IMG/VR virus record: IMGVR_UViG_3300011164_000019
Coordinates: 1 to 64,000 of that record
Strand: one strand, 5' to 3'
DNA from: a virus
Taxonomy: Duplodnaviria > Caudoviricetes
DNA length: 64,000 nucleotides
Positions within the stretch are counted from its first letter, which is position 1. Each line of letters starts with the position of its first letter. The translations under genes and the position numbers were made by a program. Below are positions 19,139 to 27,378 of this stretch, one piece after another. Below the pieces are notes generated by a model. The model did no database searches and was not told where the DNA came from. It saw only the letters and a list, made by a program, of their open reading frames with translations.

Positions 19139-19353
19139 TGGTAGGTCGCCTTCTGTATGTTGAACATCGCGCCGTTTGTGCAATAGATCGTTAGGCGGAA
19201 CTCTCCAACAGCGATCTGATCCAGTCCGTTGTTATCTATGCAGAACTCTTCGGCTGTTTTTACATCAGCCAAGTCGAGGGTCTTTTCCACAGTTAGGTGG
19301 GTGAAGAAGGCAGCCATAACGATTGCTACAACTGCGGTGAAGAATCCGCTCAT
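19135..19353 (-). CDS. Small membrane-anchored hypothetical protein
   Basis: N-terminal hydrophobic helix; two Cys. Confidence 0.6.
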   Translation of the reverse strand: MSGFFTAVVAIVMAAFFTHLTVEKTLDLADVKTAEEFCIDNNGLDQIAVGEFRLTIYCTNGAMFNIQKATYQ

Positions 19354-19368
19354 GACTTAATTCCTGGA

Positions 19369-20169
19369 TCAGTGAAGGGTCATGGTTTTCTGGAAGGTCA
19401 CCTTGCGGGATTCTTTCTCGTTCAAACCACCGTTGATGAAGTATTGGTGGATCAGCGTGTTGATCAGTCGAGCACCGATGGTGTTCTTCTCGAAGTTCTG
19501 CTCAACCACGGTCATGACCGCCTTGACCACTTCAGCCTTCTTGGCATCGGTGAACAGTTCCAGGTAGTTGGCCAGCAGGTTGCTGGATTCCAGGATCTGT
19601 CGGAGATCGTCCAGGGTCAGTTTCTCCAGCCCATAAGCCAGACCCACACGTCCCAGGAACTCGGTCTTGATGCCCATTTCACGCAGGCGATCGAGGTCGA
19701 TGTTCTCTTCCCCGTTGAATGCACCTGCGAAGACGAACAGCACGTTGTCGGTCTTGATATCGACGTACTTGCCGTAGTCGCCATAGATCGAGGCACGGCC
19801 TTCAAGCACCTTCAGGAACTCGTTCTGCACACCGTTGGTGGTTTCATGAGCCAGGCTGGAGTTGCTGTTGCCCGAGATGAACAGCTTGTCGAATTCATCG
19901 ACGAAGCAGATCACCGGCATACCGCCGTACTGCAGCAGAGGAGTGAGTGCCTTGCTGACGCTGTTGCCGCTGGTGCCTTCTTTGGTCAGCTGGGCAGCGT
20001 TCACTTCCACCATCGGGATCTGCAGGGCATCAGCCAGCGATTGAATGGTGTGGCTCTTACCCGAACCGGACGGACCCGTCAGCATGAAGTGCGGACGGAT
20101 CTGTGCTTCGGAACTGGTGAAGATGTTCAGAATGCGGCTGATGGCTTTAAGGGCTAGTTCGTTGCTCAT
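19369..20169 (-). CDS. ClpX/HslU-like AAA+ ATPase lacking the N-terminal zinc domain
   Basis: GPSGSGKS, NAAQLTKEG, FVDEFDKL, VQNEFLKVLEG, FVFAGAF, EFLGR; start reassigned to 20169. Confidence 0.85.
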   Translation of the reverse strand: MSNELALKAISRILNIFTSSEAQIRPHFMLTGPSGSGKSHTIQSLADALQIPMVEVNAAQLTKEGTSGNSVSKALTPLLQYGGMPVICFVDEFDKLFISGNSNSSLAHETTNGVQNEFLKVLEGRASIYGDYGKYVDIKTDNVLFVFAGAFNGEENIDLDRLREMGIKTEFLGRVGLAYGLEKLTLDDLRQILESSNLLANYLELFTDAKKAEVVKAVMTVVEQNFEKNTIGARLINTLIHQYFINGGLNEKESRKVTFQKTMTLH

Positions 20170-20650
20170 TGGATTCTTCCTTGGGCGTGAGCAGCTTCTG
20201 CAGCTGCATGAAGTTGTCGAGGAATTTGCTGGGAGAGAGGGAGTCGATGAGTGCCTGAGCATCTGCTTCGGCTTTCTTCGTTGCAGCCCTGGCGATGTAA
20301 GAGAGAAAGGCTTTTTTGTACTCAGCGGCGAAGTTGTTGCTGAAGTTGTGAAGCTCCATTTGAGTGAGTTCAGGCAACTTAATATGAGCAAACCACTCGT
20401 GCAGGATTTGTTCCTGGGTTTTCTTGAGATAATCGCCAATCACAGAGTTGCCACTGCGTCCATTACAGTGATCAAGTTCCCAGCCGTTTCCCCAGCGAGA
20501 GTTAAAGCCAAGTAACTTCAGGACAACTTCCTTGGAAGAATTATCCAAGCTCTTATGAACCTTCTCACGAATGGCTTCAGGAGTATTAGCTGCATGCCAA
20601 CTCTCCAGAGCGGAGTTTATGACCTCTACTAGATCTTCTTGGGTATTCAT
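20147..20650 (-). CDS. Hypothetical protein
   Basis: In-operon ORF. Confidence 0.7.
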   Translation of the reverse strand: MNTQEDLVEVINSALESWHAANTPEAIREKVHKSLDNSSKEVVLKLLGFNSRWGNGWELDHCNGRSGNSVIGDYLKKTQEQILHEWFAHIKLPELTQMELHNFSNNFAAEYKKAFLSYIARAATKKAEADAQALIDSLSPSKFLDNFMQLQKLLTPKEESNEQRTSP

Positions 20651-20660
20651 TAATACTCCC

Positions 20661-20855
20661 TTACGCCGCTCTACTGCGATTAAGTTCTGCCAACAATGTG
20701 TTGTGGTACATCATCAGCAGACTGAACATCTTGTTACGGTCCACCACCGGAACTTGTGACTCGATGAAAGTCACTGCATCAGTGGTGGAGTCCATAGTGG
20801 GATACAGGCTCATGTGTTCCGGGGCAGACTTCTTGCCTTCAATTGCTTTCAACAT
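20661..20855 (-). CDS. Hypothetical protein
   Basis: SD CAAGGAAG before ATG 20855. Confidence 0.65.
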   Translation of the reverse strand: MLKAIEGKKSAPEHMSLYPTMDSTTDAVTFIESQVPVVDRNKMFSLLMMYHNTLLAELNRSRAA

Positions 20856-21228
20856 GTTGTTCTTCCTTGGGTTGTAGAGAGAGTAGCCAGTTACCAATGG
20901 AAGTACGCGAGAACAAGGTCAGGAGTCTGTCTTGTTCCAGTCCTTCTAGGTAACGCTGGACATTGGGGAATGTGAGTGCCGGCATGTGGATCACTTCTTC
21001 CAACTTGGCGGCGTTGAGTTTGTACTTGTCGGCCACCTGCAACAGATTGGCTTGTTCGATAGTGATTGCAGGTGTCTTACCGGTAATGCCTTTTTCACGC
21101 AGTACCTTACTGATTGTTCCTACCGATACTTTGTATTGGTTGGCCAGGTCATACATGGTGTGAAACTTCAAAGAATAGATACGAGCGATCTCGTTCTGCT
21201 CTTTGTCAGAGAGAATCCAAACGGTCAT
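20839..21228 (-). CDS. Helix-turn-helix DNA-binding protein
   Basis: TMYDLANQYKVSVGTISKVLR HTH signature. Confidence 0.7.
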   Translation of the reverse strand: MTVWILSDKEQNEIARIYSLKFHTMYDLANQYKVSVGTISKVLREKGITGKTPAITIEQANLLQVADKYKLNAAKLEEVIHMPALTFPNVQRYLEGLEQDRLLTLFSRTSIGNWLLSLQPKEEQHVESN

Positions 21229-21374
21229 TGATGGAGTCCTAAATAGGGAGTCTGTCTATCGGCTGCACATAGTAGAAATGACTGTCTTTCCGATAGTCAG
21301 TATATCGGTATGAAGTTTTGGAGAAGTTCTCCAGTACTTCTATGACTGTCTTCGTTCAGCTGTGCTGGTACTGG

Positions 21375-21404
21375 AAAAAAAGATGCAACCCCGAAGGGCT
21401 GCAT
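21375..21404 (-). terminator. Intrinsic terminator after RNAP2
   Basis: AUGCAGCCC-UUCG-GGGUUGCAU then C-U7. Confidence 0.85.
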
Positions 21405-21441
21405 GGGGAGTTGCTTCACAAAGTGCGCGGAGCGCACCTGT

Positions 21442-22689
21442 TCAACTTAAGGCATAGTTCGATTTGCGGATGTACTCAGACAAGTTCTGCATACGCTTAG
21501 GGACGGTGCCAGCAACACCATGGATCTGGCTCAGAATGTCACTGAGGACTTCCGAGTCAGCCAGTTCTGCAAGGATCTCCTTGTACCAGTGACGCACCCA
21601 GTTGACGTTGTTGGTATGGGCCGCGAACGAGTCATGGATGGTGATCACCGGGAACGGACGGTACTGCAGCATCCCATTGAGGATAGTGCTCAGTTGATAC
21701 AGCTCTGGTTTGGTCAGTGAGCACACTGTTGTGGCGTCCAGATAGGGCAGGATCACTGCACTTGGCTGGCCGCTTCGACGGTACTGCTCAAGGTAGTAGG
21801 CGAAGACGGAATCCTCGTCATACCCCAGAGGCTCGCACTCATAGTCGAGCATGTTGCGGCTCAACAACTCAGCCTCGATCAGCGTCTTGGCTTGGCTCGC
21901 TACTGATACGTCGTAGTTACAGCGACGCAGCAGCTCACGCAGGATGAAGGCGTCGATGGAGTGGATGACATTGGCCACGTTGGCACGGCCAGTCTTCTCA
22001 CCCTCGTTGACGTAGTACTCGTAGGTGAAGGTGGCATGGTCCAGCTCATCCACCTCGATACGAGTGGTCTCCTTGACCATCACCTTGACCTTGGCATCGA
22101 AGCCATCAGGCAGCTTCCACGCATGGCTCAGTGCGAATGGTTGCCAGCTGGCCAGCAGATCCTGCAGCAGTTCCCATGCACCTGGTGCCACGATCTCGAC
22201 AGCCTCATAGAAGGCTGCCAGCTCTTGGGTGCCTTCACCGAACAGGACCTTCGGCACCTTCTTGGAGCCGTAGCAGCTGGTCATGAGTGCCTGCTTGGTG
22301 TGCTTGCGAGGGACGGAGAATCCGCCACCCAACAAGCCATTCATGCACTCGTTCAGGTCGGTGTAGGCATCGGCACGACGGTCAGGATCGACCAGACCGG
22401 TAGCCTTGGCACCTGCGATGCAGCCGGTGAGTACCGACATGATCTGCACACCCGAGCAGGTGGCATCCATGGCCACCAGATGACCAGTGGGCTGGCCAGC
22501 TTGAGCCTTGCGAATGGCCATCACAGCCTTGAGGTACAGCGGCTTGGTTTCAGCCTGATCGAGCAGATCCTCCAGATGGTCGAGGTTGTCCCGTGCCCAT
22601 TGGATGCGATCTTCGAAGCGGAGCTTGTCGAGGCCGAAGTTGTTGGCAGCGTCAATCAGCAAATACTCAAAGCCAGTGAATTTCATCAT
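21442..22689 (-). CDS. RNA polymerase II subunit 2 (RNAP2)
   Basis: MDATCSGVQI (motif A), KQALMTSCYGS (motif B), IHDSF (motif C). Confidence 0.93.
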   Translation of the reverse strand: MMKFTGFEYLLIDAANNFGLDKLRFEDRIQWARDNLDHLEDLLDQAETKPLYLKAVMAIRKAQAGQPTGHLVAMDATCSGVQIMSVLTGCIAGAKATGLVDPDRRADAYTDLNECMNGLLGGGFSVPRKHTKQALMTSCYGSKKVPKVLFGEGTQELAAFYEAVEIVAPGAWELLQDLLASWQPFALSHAWKLPDGFDAKVKVMVKETTRIEVDELDHATFTYEYYVNEGEKTGRANVANVIHSIDAFILRELLRRCNYDVSVASQAKTLIEAELLSRNMLDYECEPLGYDEDSVFAYYLEQYRRSGQPSAVILPYLDATTVCSLTKPELYQLSTILNGMLQYRPFPVITIHDSFAAHTNNVNWVRHWYKEILAELADSEVLSDILSQIHGVAGTVPKRMQNLSEYIRKSNYALS

Positions 22690-22764
22690 GGTTTCAATTC
22701 CTTTGGGCAATAGGGGACCGCCCCAGTGTTGATCACACCGGTAAGCGATTGATTTGGTTGTGGT

Positions 22765-22968
22765 TTAACGCCCCAAGAGGAGGGCTAGGGTTTTCACTTC
22801 GACAGGTACATCGTCTGGGTCACACGGCAGATGCGTACCGTGACTGATGCGAATCCAGTTACCGAATGGGGTGATGGCGAAAGCCCCATCCGGTAGATCG
22901 TCAGGCCATGTGACAGGGGTGTACTCGCCGTATACTTGTGATCCGTAGAACACGACATAAGTCTTCAC
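22765..22968 (-). CDS. Small early protein
   Basis: ORF between RNAP1 and RNAP2. Confidence 0.7.
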   Translation of the reverse strand: MKTYVVFYGSQVYGEYTPVTWPDDLPDGAFAITPFGNWIRISHGTHLPCDPDDVPVEVKTLALLLGR

Positions 22969-23945
22969 ACACCCTCCACGATCTCTTCATCGGCCAGCTC
23001 AACGATGGCCTTCTTGAATGCACTGCCTTGGGTTGTGATGTGGTAGCCGATGGCATACAGCCGGCCACGCTTGTCCACCTTGTTGGTCAGGTAGAAGCGA
23101 TTGCCTTGGTTGATCATTAGCATGTACATCTGGTTGGACTCAGCCTTGAAGGTGTCCCAGTTGTCGATTTGCTGTTGCAGGATCTCCTTGGCTTGAGCAT
23201 CGGTCAGCACTTCACCGTCTTCGAGAGCCTTGTCCTTCACGTTCTCCACACTGAAGGGTTTGTTGGGTTCCTCTTCCATGGCCAGCAGGAAGTCCACGTC
23301 CAGCTTGAGCGGGATCTGGTTCTGCAGGTTGATTACGTCCAGACACAGGTCACCGTCATGGTGATTGCCCTTGCCGAGCACAAGTGAATCGTTGTGGGTC
23401 TGGTGACCTGACTCATGGTTGTGGGTGACCAGATTGGGTGGACACACCATAGGTGGCAGGAAGCGTGAGTTGTACACGTAGTTGAGCATCTTCTCGCTGA
23501 GCGGAATGCGGCTCTGGATCATCAGGCTGGCAGCGTTGCTCAGCTTGTTGATATCGAATACGTCAGTGGCACACAGCACAGCCACCATCTCGGCGATGGT
23601 CTGGATGCCTTCACGCTTCTCGCTGAAGTGCAGCCGGCCTGCCAGCTGAGCCGTCACCGAGGTGAATAGCTCTTCACGCTGGCAGTAGGCGATCTGCACG
23701 AAGATGGTCAGCACCAGCTCCTCCAGATCAAGGCCACGGACCTGTTCCAGTCGTGCCATCTTGGATTCGTAGTACTGGCCGTTCAGCCAGTCATTGAGCA
23801 GCTGAACGCCTTCCTGCACCTTGGCCTTCATCCACTCATTGGCCTCGATATCCTTGCGGATATAGCGGTCGATGTGATGCTTGGAGAACCGGTGTTCGTT
23901 GGCCAACTGTATGTCGTACGGCAGCATCAGAGTGGGATGAGTCAT
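22965..23945 (-). CDS. RNA polymerase II subunit 1 (RNAP1)
   Basis: LPPMVCPP, DKRGRLYAIGYHITTQG. Confidence 0.92.
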   Translation of the reverse strand: MTHPTLMLPYDIQLANEHRFSKHHIDRYIRKDIEANEWMKAKVQEGVQLLNDWLNGQYYESKMARLEQVRGLDLEELVLTIFVQIAYCQREELFTSVTAQLAGRLHFSEKREGIQTIAEMVAVLCATDVFDINKLSNAASLMIQSRIPLSEKMLNYVYNSRFLPPMVCPPNLVTHNHESGHQTHNDSLVLGKGNHHDGDLCLDVINLQNQIPLKLDVDFLLAMEEEPNKPFSVENVKDKALEDGEVLTDAQAKEILQQQIDNWDTFKAESNQMYMLMINQGNRFYLTNKVDKRGRLYAIGYHITTQGSAFKKAIVELADEEIVEGV

Positions 23946-23960
23946 AGATATCTCCTTGGA

Positions 23961-24224
23961 TTAAATGGGCTTCAGAAGCAGGGCAGCCTGTACTTCAGGT
24001 GGTAGCTCGTGACGTTCCATCACGGTCGAACGTATTTGGCGTGGATGACGTTTGGCCTTGTCATAGGCATATCGCAGGTACTGTCCACCTGTATGCCGCT
24101 TGCGATACACAGTGGCATGAGGGTTGGCCTTGAGGTAACGAGAAGGGAATTCCAGCCAATCCTCATCTGGCTCAACGTGGTGCTGAAGCACGCCACGCTT
24201 CAGGCACAGGTACTGGATGCTCAC
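23961..24224 (-). CDS. Small early protein
   Basis: In-operon ORF. Confidence 0.7.
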   Translation of the reverse strand: MSIQYLCLKRGVLQHHVEPDEDWLEFPSRYLKANPHATVYRKRHTGGQYLRYAYDKAKRHPRQIRSTVMERHELPPEVQAALLLKPI

Positions 24225-24439
24225 ATCCGCTTCCTTGTGGTGATGAACTCGCCATCAATGAACTGATGGGTGATCACCTCACAGTGGTGGTAGTCGCTGA
24301 AGTAACTGATACGGATGTTGCTGCAACGCTCCATGTCGATCACCTCAGTGATCTCACGGGCATCCTGCAGCGAGCGAACAGGCACGGAAGAAGTCTTGTT
24401 GGTGGGTGCAACGTCATAGCGAAGAGCAGAAACGGTCAT
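24221..24439 (-). CDS. Small early protein
   Basis: SD AAAGGAA; ATGA overlap. Confidence 0.65.
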   Translation of the reverse strand: MTVSALRYDVAPTNKTSSVPVRSLQDAREITEVIDMERCSNIRISYFSDYHHCEVITHQFIDGEFITTRKRM

Positions 24440-24451
24440 GGAAGATTCCTT

Positions 24452-24706
24452 TCAATTGGCAAGTAGAAATGCAGCACGCACCTTGGCAGGCACGTCAGTG
24501 AGGTGGCAGAGACGGTGACGCACACGGCCACGCTTGAAGAAGTAGCGAAGATGGGTGTGAGGCCCATCGAGACCTTCAGTTGGGATGAACAGCACCAGCT
24601 TGGGTCGGGCCTCAAGCAGCTCATGGAATGGCTCATCCGGGTCCATTTGCAGGTGCGAAACACTGTCTGTCACATGGTCAACAGCGATGATGGTCAGGTG
24701 GTTCAT
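24452..24706 (-). CDS. Small early protein
   Basis: In-operon ORF. Confidence 0.65.
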   Translation of the reverse strand: MNHLTIIAVDHVTDSVSHLQMDPDEPFHELLEARPKLVLFIPTEGLDGPHTHLRYFFKRGRVRHRLCHLTDVPAKVRAAFLLAN

Positions 24707-24754
24707 GTCTGTTCCAGATAGAACGAAGCCCCTGAATCGGGGCTTCTGTAGGGC

Positions 24755-25198
24755 TTACTCGATTGGTTTAGCCAAGAACTCTTTGAGGCGACCAAGGCTC
24801 TGCTTGGTGGCATCCAGAGCCTCTTGGAAGGTAGGGTTGGAAGCGTCGTAGATGATGTTTCGCCATTCATCCGGCAGGCAGCAGTTCACAGGAGCACCAC
24901 GGAACATAGGTGCAATGTCCTGATCCTTGTAGCCGGCCAGACCGCACCCAATGCGGGTGACGTTGAACTTCATTTCAGGATGCTCAGCAGCAAAGGCAAG
25001 GAAGTCCTTTACATGCACCTCAATCGCATACAGCGGTAGTGTGTGGATGTGCTCATCCTTGGTTGGAATCGCATAGGAACTGCCTTGCAGCCCCACACCT
25101 ACTCGTTGGAGAGCACCATGGTGCTTACGGGCAAACAGGGCAGCACCAGCCCCATGGATACCGGCAAGGTTGCTGCCGAAGACGAAGATTTCACGCAT
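24755..25198 (-). CDS. A1S_2505-family phage non-structural protein
   Basis: IFVFGSNLAGIHGAGAA...YAIPTK...VTRIGCGLAG. Confidence 0.8.
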   Translation of the reverse strand: MREIFVFGSNLAGIHGAGAALFARKHHGALQRVGVGLQGSSYAIPTKDEHIHTLPLYAIEVHVKDFLAFAAEHPEMKFNVTRIGCGLAGYKDQDIAPMFRGAPVNCCLPDEWRNIIYDASNPTFQEALDATKQSLGRLKEFLAKPIE

Positions 25199-25224
25199 GG
25201 TTCACTCCTTGGTTGAGAACAAAT

Positions 25225-25245
25225 TCCGTCACTCCAGCGAAGCTG
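25225..25245 (-). promoter_or_regulatory. vRNAP hairpin promoter
   Basis: + (template) strand TCCGT-cactc-CAGC-GAA-GCTG. Confidence 0.75.
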
Positions 25246-25264
25246 TCTGACGAAAACGACGCAT

Positions 25265-25304
25265 AAATAAAAAGGCCCACTACCCCATGAGGGCAGCAGG
25301 CCTT
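25265..25304 (-). terminator. Intrinsic terminator after Drc-like gene
   Basis: AAGGCC...GGCCUU long hairpin plus U tract. Confidence 0.7.
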
Positions 25305-25324
25305 GGATGCAGCGGAGAACGGGC

Positions 25325-25594
25325 TTAGAAGCCGAGTTCGTTCTCCTTCACCTCTTTGTCGGCGAGCTGGAAGTCCAGCATGATCGCCTCCTGCATCTTC
25401 TGGATGGCCAGAGGATCAGAGGACAGACGCTTGAGCAGCGCAGCCTCGTAGGCCTTCGATTCCTTCAGGGAGATCGAACCGATCTTGCGACGGCCACCAT
25501 CCGGAGTCGGAAGGTAGATGTTGATGAAGCCTTGGGAGCGCCAGTTTTCGTTGGCAACTTGAGGCTGGGCATTGCGAGCGGTGTTGAACGCCAT
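25325..25594 (-). CDS. Drc/gp2-like ssDNA-binding cofactor of RNAP II
   Basis: FINIYLPTPDGGRRKIGSISL resembles LUZ7 Drc; early position upstream of RNAP1. Confidence 0.7.
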   Translation of the reverse strand: MAFNTARNAQPQVANENWRSQGFINIYLPTPDGGRRKIGSISLKESKAYEAALLKRLSSDPLAIQKMQEAIMLDFQLADKEVKENELGF

Positions 25595-25638
25595 GGTGAA
25601 TCTCCTTGCATTGGTCAGGTTGAGCGAAGGTGCTCGAT

Positions 25639-25660
25639 TCCATCTCTCCGGCGAAGCCGG
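25639..25660 (-). promoter_or_regulatory. vRNAP hairpin promoter
   Basis: TCCAT-ctct-CCGGC-GAA-GCCGG. Confidence 0.8.
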
Positions 25661-25696
25661 GCAGACGGTGGGAACGGGTAAAGCGTTGAGGCTGAC

Positions 25697-25867
25697 TCAG
25701 GCCAGCTCGATAGCGACGTAGTAGCCACGGCTGGCGTAGTAGTCCTCGATGGCACGAGCTATGGATTCATCGACGGTATCGACTGCGAGAAGCTGATCTT
25801 CATCGCTGACATAGATCGAGGCGACGGAATGCTCGTCGACCTCGATCAGAGGGAAAGAGGAGGTCAT
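25697..25867 (-). CDS. 56-aa acidic early protein (not in ORF track)
   Basis: MTSSFPLIEVDEHSVASIYVSDEDQLLAVDTVDESIARAIEDYYASRGYYVAIELA; SD GGAGG. Confidence 0.7.
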   Translation of the reverse strand: MTSSFPLIEVDEHSVASIYVSDEDQLLAVDTVDESIARAIEDYYASRGYYVAIELA

Positions 25868-25983
25868 ACCAGACCTCCGAGATAACCGAAGATGAAGGCC
25901 AACAACACTCCACTGAAGAACAGTGTGAGTTTGTCGTCTCTAGTCAGGCCATGAGCCTCTTGCTTGTTATCAACTGTAGTCAT
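25864..25983 (-). CDS. 39-aa membrane peptide (not in ORF track)
   Basis: MTTVDNKQEAHGLTRDDKLTLFFSGVLLAFIFGYLGGLV; SD AAAGGAA. Confidence 0.65.
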   Translation of the reverse strand: MTTVDNKQEAHGLTRDDKLTLFFSGVLLAFIFGYLGGLV

Positions 25984-26015
25984 GTTGAATTCCTTTGAAG
26001 TAAAGACTCACTTCC

Positions 26016-26034
26016 TCAAGCGAACGGAGTTCGC
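26016..26034 (-). promoter_or_regulatory. vRNAP hairpin promoter
   Basis: GCGAAC-GGA-GTTCGC 6-bp stem with triloop. Confidence 0.75.
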
Positions 26035-26055
26035 CTGAAGAACTGAAGAGAAGTG

Positions 26056-26247
26056 TTAGAGCTGTACTTGCTGACCTGCTGCATTGAGTAGGCGAGCACT
26101 CAATACAGTTTGACGATCAGCTCCTTGGAAGAACCCAGCTACTTGAGTAAGCGCGTCACTATCGTCAGCAGCGAGCAATGCAACGTCTCGGTTGTTGTAC
26201 TTGAGGGTGTAGCGCTGAGTCTTCTTACGAGGATGTAGGAAGGCCAT
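26056..26247 (-). CDS. Small early protein
   Basis: SD GGAG. Confidence 0.7.
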   Translation of the reverse strand: MAFLHPRKKTQRYTLKYNNRDVALLAADDSDALTQVAGFFQGADRQTVLSARLLNAAGQQVQL

Positions 26248-26269
26248 AGCAGTTCTCCGGTATGCAGGG

Positions 26270-26416
26270 TTAATTGCAGAAGGGTTGAATCAGGTAGTTG
26301 TGTCCTACCTCAGGTGTTGCACACCACTGAGGCATGTTGTGATTGAACAGGAGTCCAACCACAACCAGATGGAATACAACGATGAATGCAATGAGCAATG
26401 AGACAGTGGGTTGCAT
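26270..26416 (-). CDS. 48-aa membrane peptide
   Basis: MQPTVSLLIAFIVVFHLVVVGLLF...; start reassigned. Confidence 0.5.
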   Translation of the reverse strand: MQPTVSLLIAFIVVFHLVVVGLLFNHNMPQWCATPEVGHNYLIQPFCN

Positions 26417-26429
26417 AAGAGCCTCGGAA

Positions 26430-26603
26430 TTAGAAAGGGATTTCATTGGGTAGCTCAAGAGCACCATTGATCTCGAAGAAGTATTCGTCTGAGCTTTCAC
26501 GAAGAGCACATGCACACATGGAGTTCCCATAGAACTCCTTGCCGTTCTTGAAGGCTTCAACCATGAAGTGTGTGAAGTATTGAAAGACGTGGAAGTTGTC
26601 CAT
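26430..26603 (-). CDS. Small early protein (57 aa)
   Basis: SD GGAG before ATG 26603. Confidence 0.6.
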   Translation of the reverse strand: MDNFHVFQYFTHFMVEAFKNGKEFYGNSMCACALRESSDEYFFEINGALELPNEIPF

Positions 26604-26669
26604 AACACTGTCTCCAGACATGAGGATGCACCCGACAAGCAACTTATCGGGTGTATATCGGTTTCGGTT

Positions 26670-26843
26670 TTAGGTAGGAATACCCCAATCATGCTGGGAG
26701 TAGTCGGGAGCAACTTGGTGTTCTGAGAAGAACTCCTCGTGCTTCACTTCCATATACGCAGCTTCATGCTCGTCGTCCGACATGAACACGGATTCGTTGA
26801 GGATGTTTTCTAGGAAAACAATAACGTGTTGGTTGTGGTACAT
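26670..26843 (-). CDS. Small acidic early protein (57 aa)
   Basis: ATG 26843 lies downstream of the hairpin promoter; SD AGGA. Confidence 0.6.
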   Translation of the reverse strand: MYHNQHVIVFLENILNESVFMSDDEHEAAYMEVKHEEFFSEHQVAPDYSQHDWGIPT

Positions 26844-26865
26844 GAGCAATGTCCTGTGGTGAATA

Positions 26866-26886
26866 TCCACTGCTCACGCGAAGCGT
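26866..26886 (-). promoter_or_regulatory. vRNAP hairpin promoter
   Basis: TCCAC-tgctc-ACGC-GAA-GCGT. Confidence 0.75.
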
Positions 26887-26949
26887 TGAGTATTGGTCTC
26901 TCTAAGACTCACTGTCTCAATGTGTATTGTGTACTTGTGTATAAAGCTG

Positions 26950-26973
26950 TAACCCACTCCGAAGAGTGGGTTA
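26950..26973 (-). terminator. Strong hairpin, probable terminator
   Basis: UAACCCACUC-UUCG-GAGUGGGUUA; U tract weak. Confidence 0.65.
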
Positions 26974-26977
26974 GTGG

Positions 26978-27064
26978 TTAGCGCTGAGGCAGGCTCAGGC
27001 AGAACCAGAAGGTGAAGGCGAATGCTGCGAGTGCAACGAATGGGAGTACTTGAAGGGCTTGCAT
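26978..27064 (-). CDS. 28-aa hydrophobic peptide (not in ORF track)
   Basis: MQALQVLPFVALAAFAFTFWFCLSLPQR; SD TAAGGA. Confidence 0.55.
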   Translation of the reverse strand: MQALQVLPFVALAAFAFTFWFCLSLPQR

Positions 27065-27073
27065 GATATGTCC

Positions 27074-27256
27074 TTATTGAGCAGGTGCTTCGAGTGCAGC
27101 GAGCTGTTTCTCCATGGAGGCAAGCTCATGGTTCAGTTTGAGTTGGGATTGCTTGAGCATGTGCTCAGAGTGCAGTTCACCAACTGCGACTACGTTGTCG
27201 AGGGTGTTGAGGCCACGGGTGAGTAGGCCAAAGAACTTAGCGATTGCTGCGAACAT
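27074..27256 (-). CDS. First early gene (gp1-like position)
   Basis: Directly after the outermost hairpin promoter. Confidence 0.7.
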   Translation of the reverse strand: MFAAIAKFFGLLTRGLNTLDNVVAVGELHSEHMLKQSQLKLNHELASMEKQLAALEAPAQ

Positions 27257-27304
27257 AGGTGAATCCTCATGAGGTTAGGGTAAGTGCAGATGCGTCCATC
27301 CACA

Positions 27305-27326
27305 TCCATAGCTACGGCGAAGCCGG
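27305..27326 (-). promoter_or_regulatory. vRNAP hairpin promoter (outermost)
   Basis: TCCAT-agcta-CGGC-GAA-GCCG. Confidence 0.8.
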
Positions 27327-27368
27327 TGAAGTGGGGTAGGTAGTAGGGAAAAGGTAGAACGAAGCAAT

Positions 27369-27378
27369 GGGGGGGGGG
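27369..27378 (+). repeat. G10 homopolymer in divergent early/late junction
   Basis: Ten consecutive G within a G-rich stretch. Confidence 0.9.
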
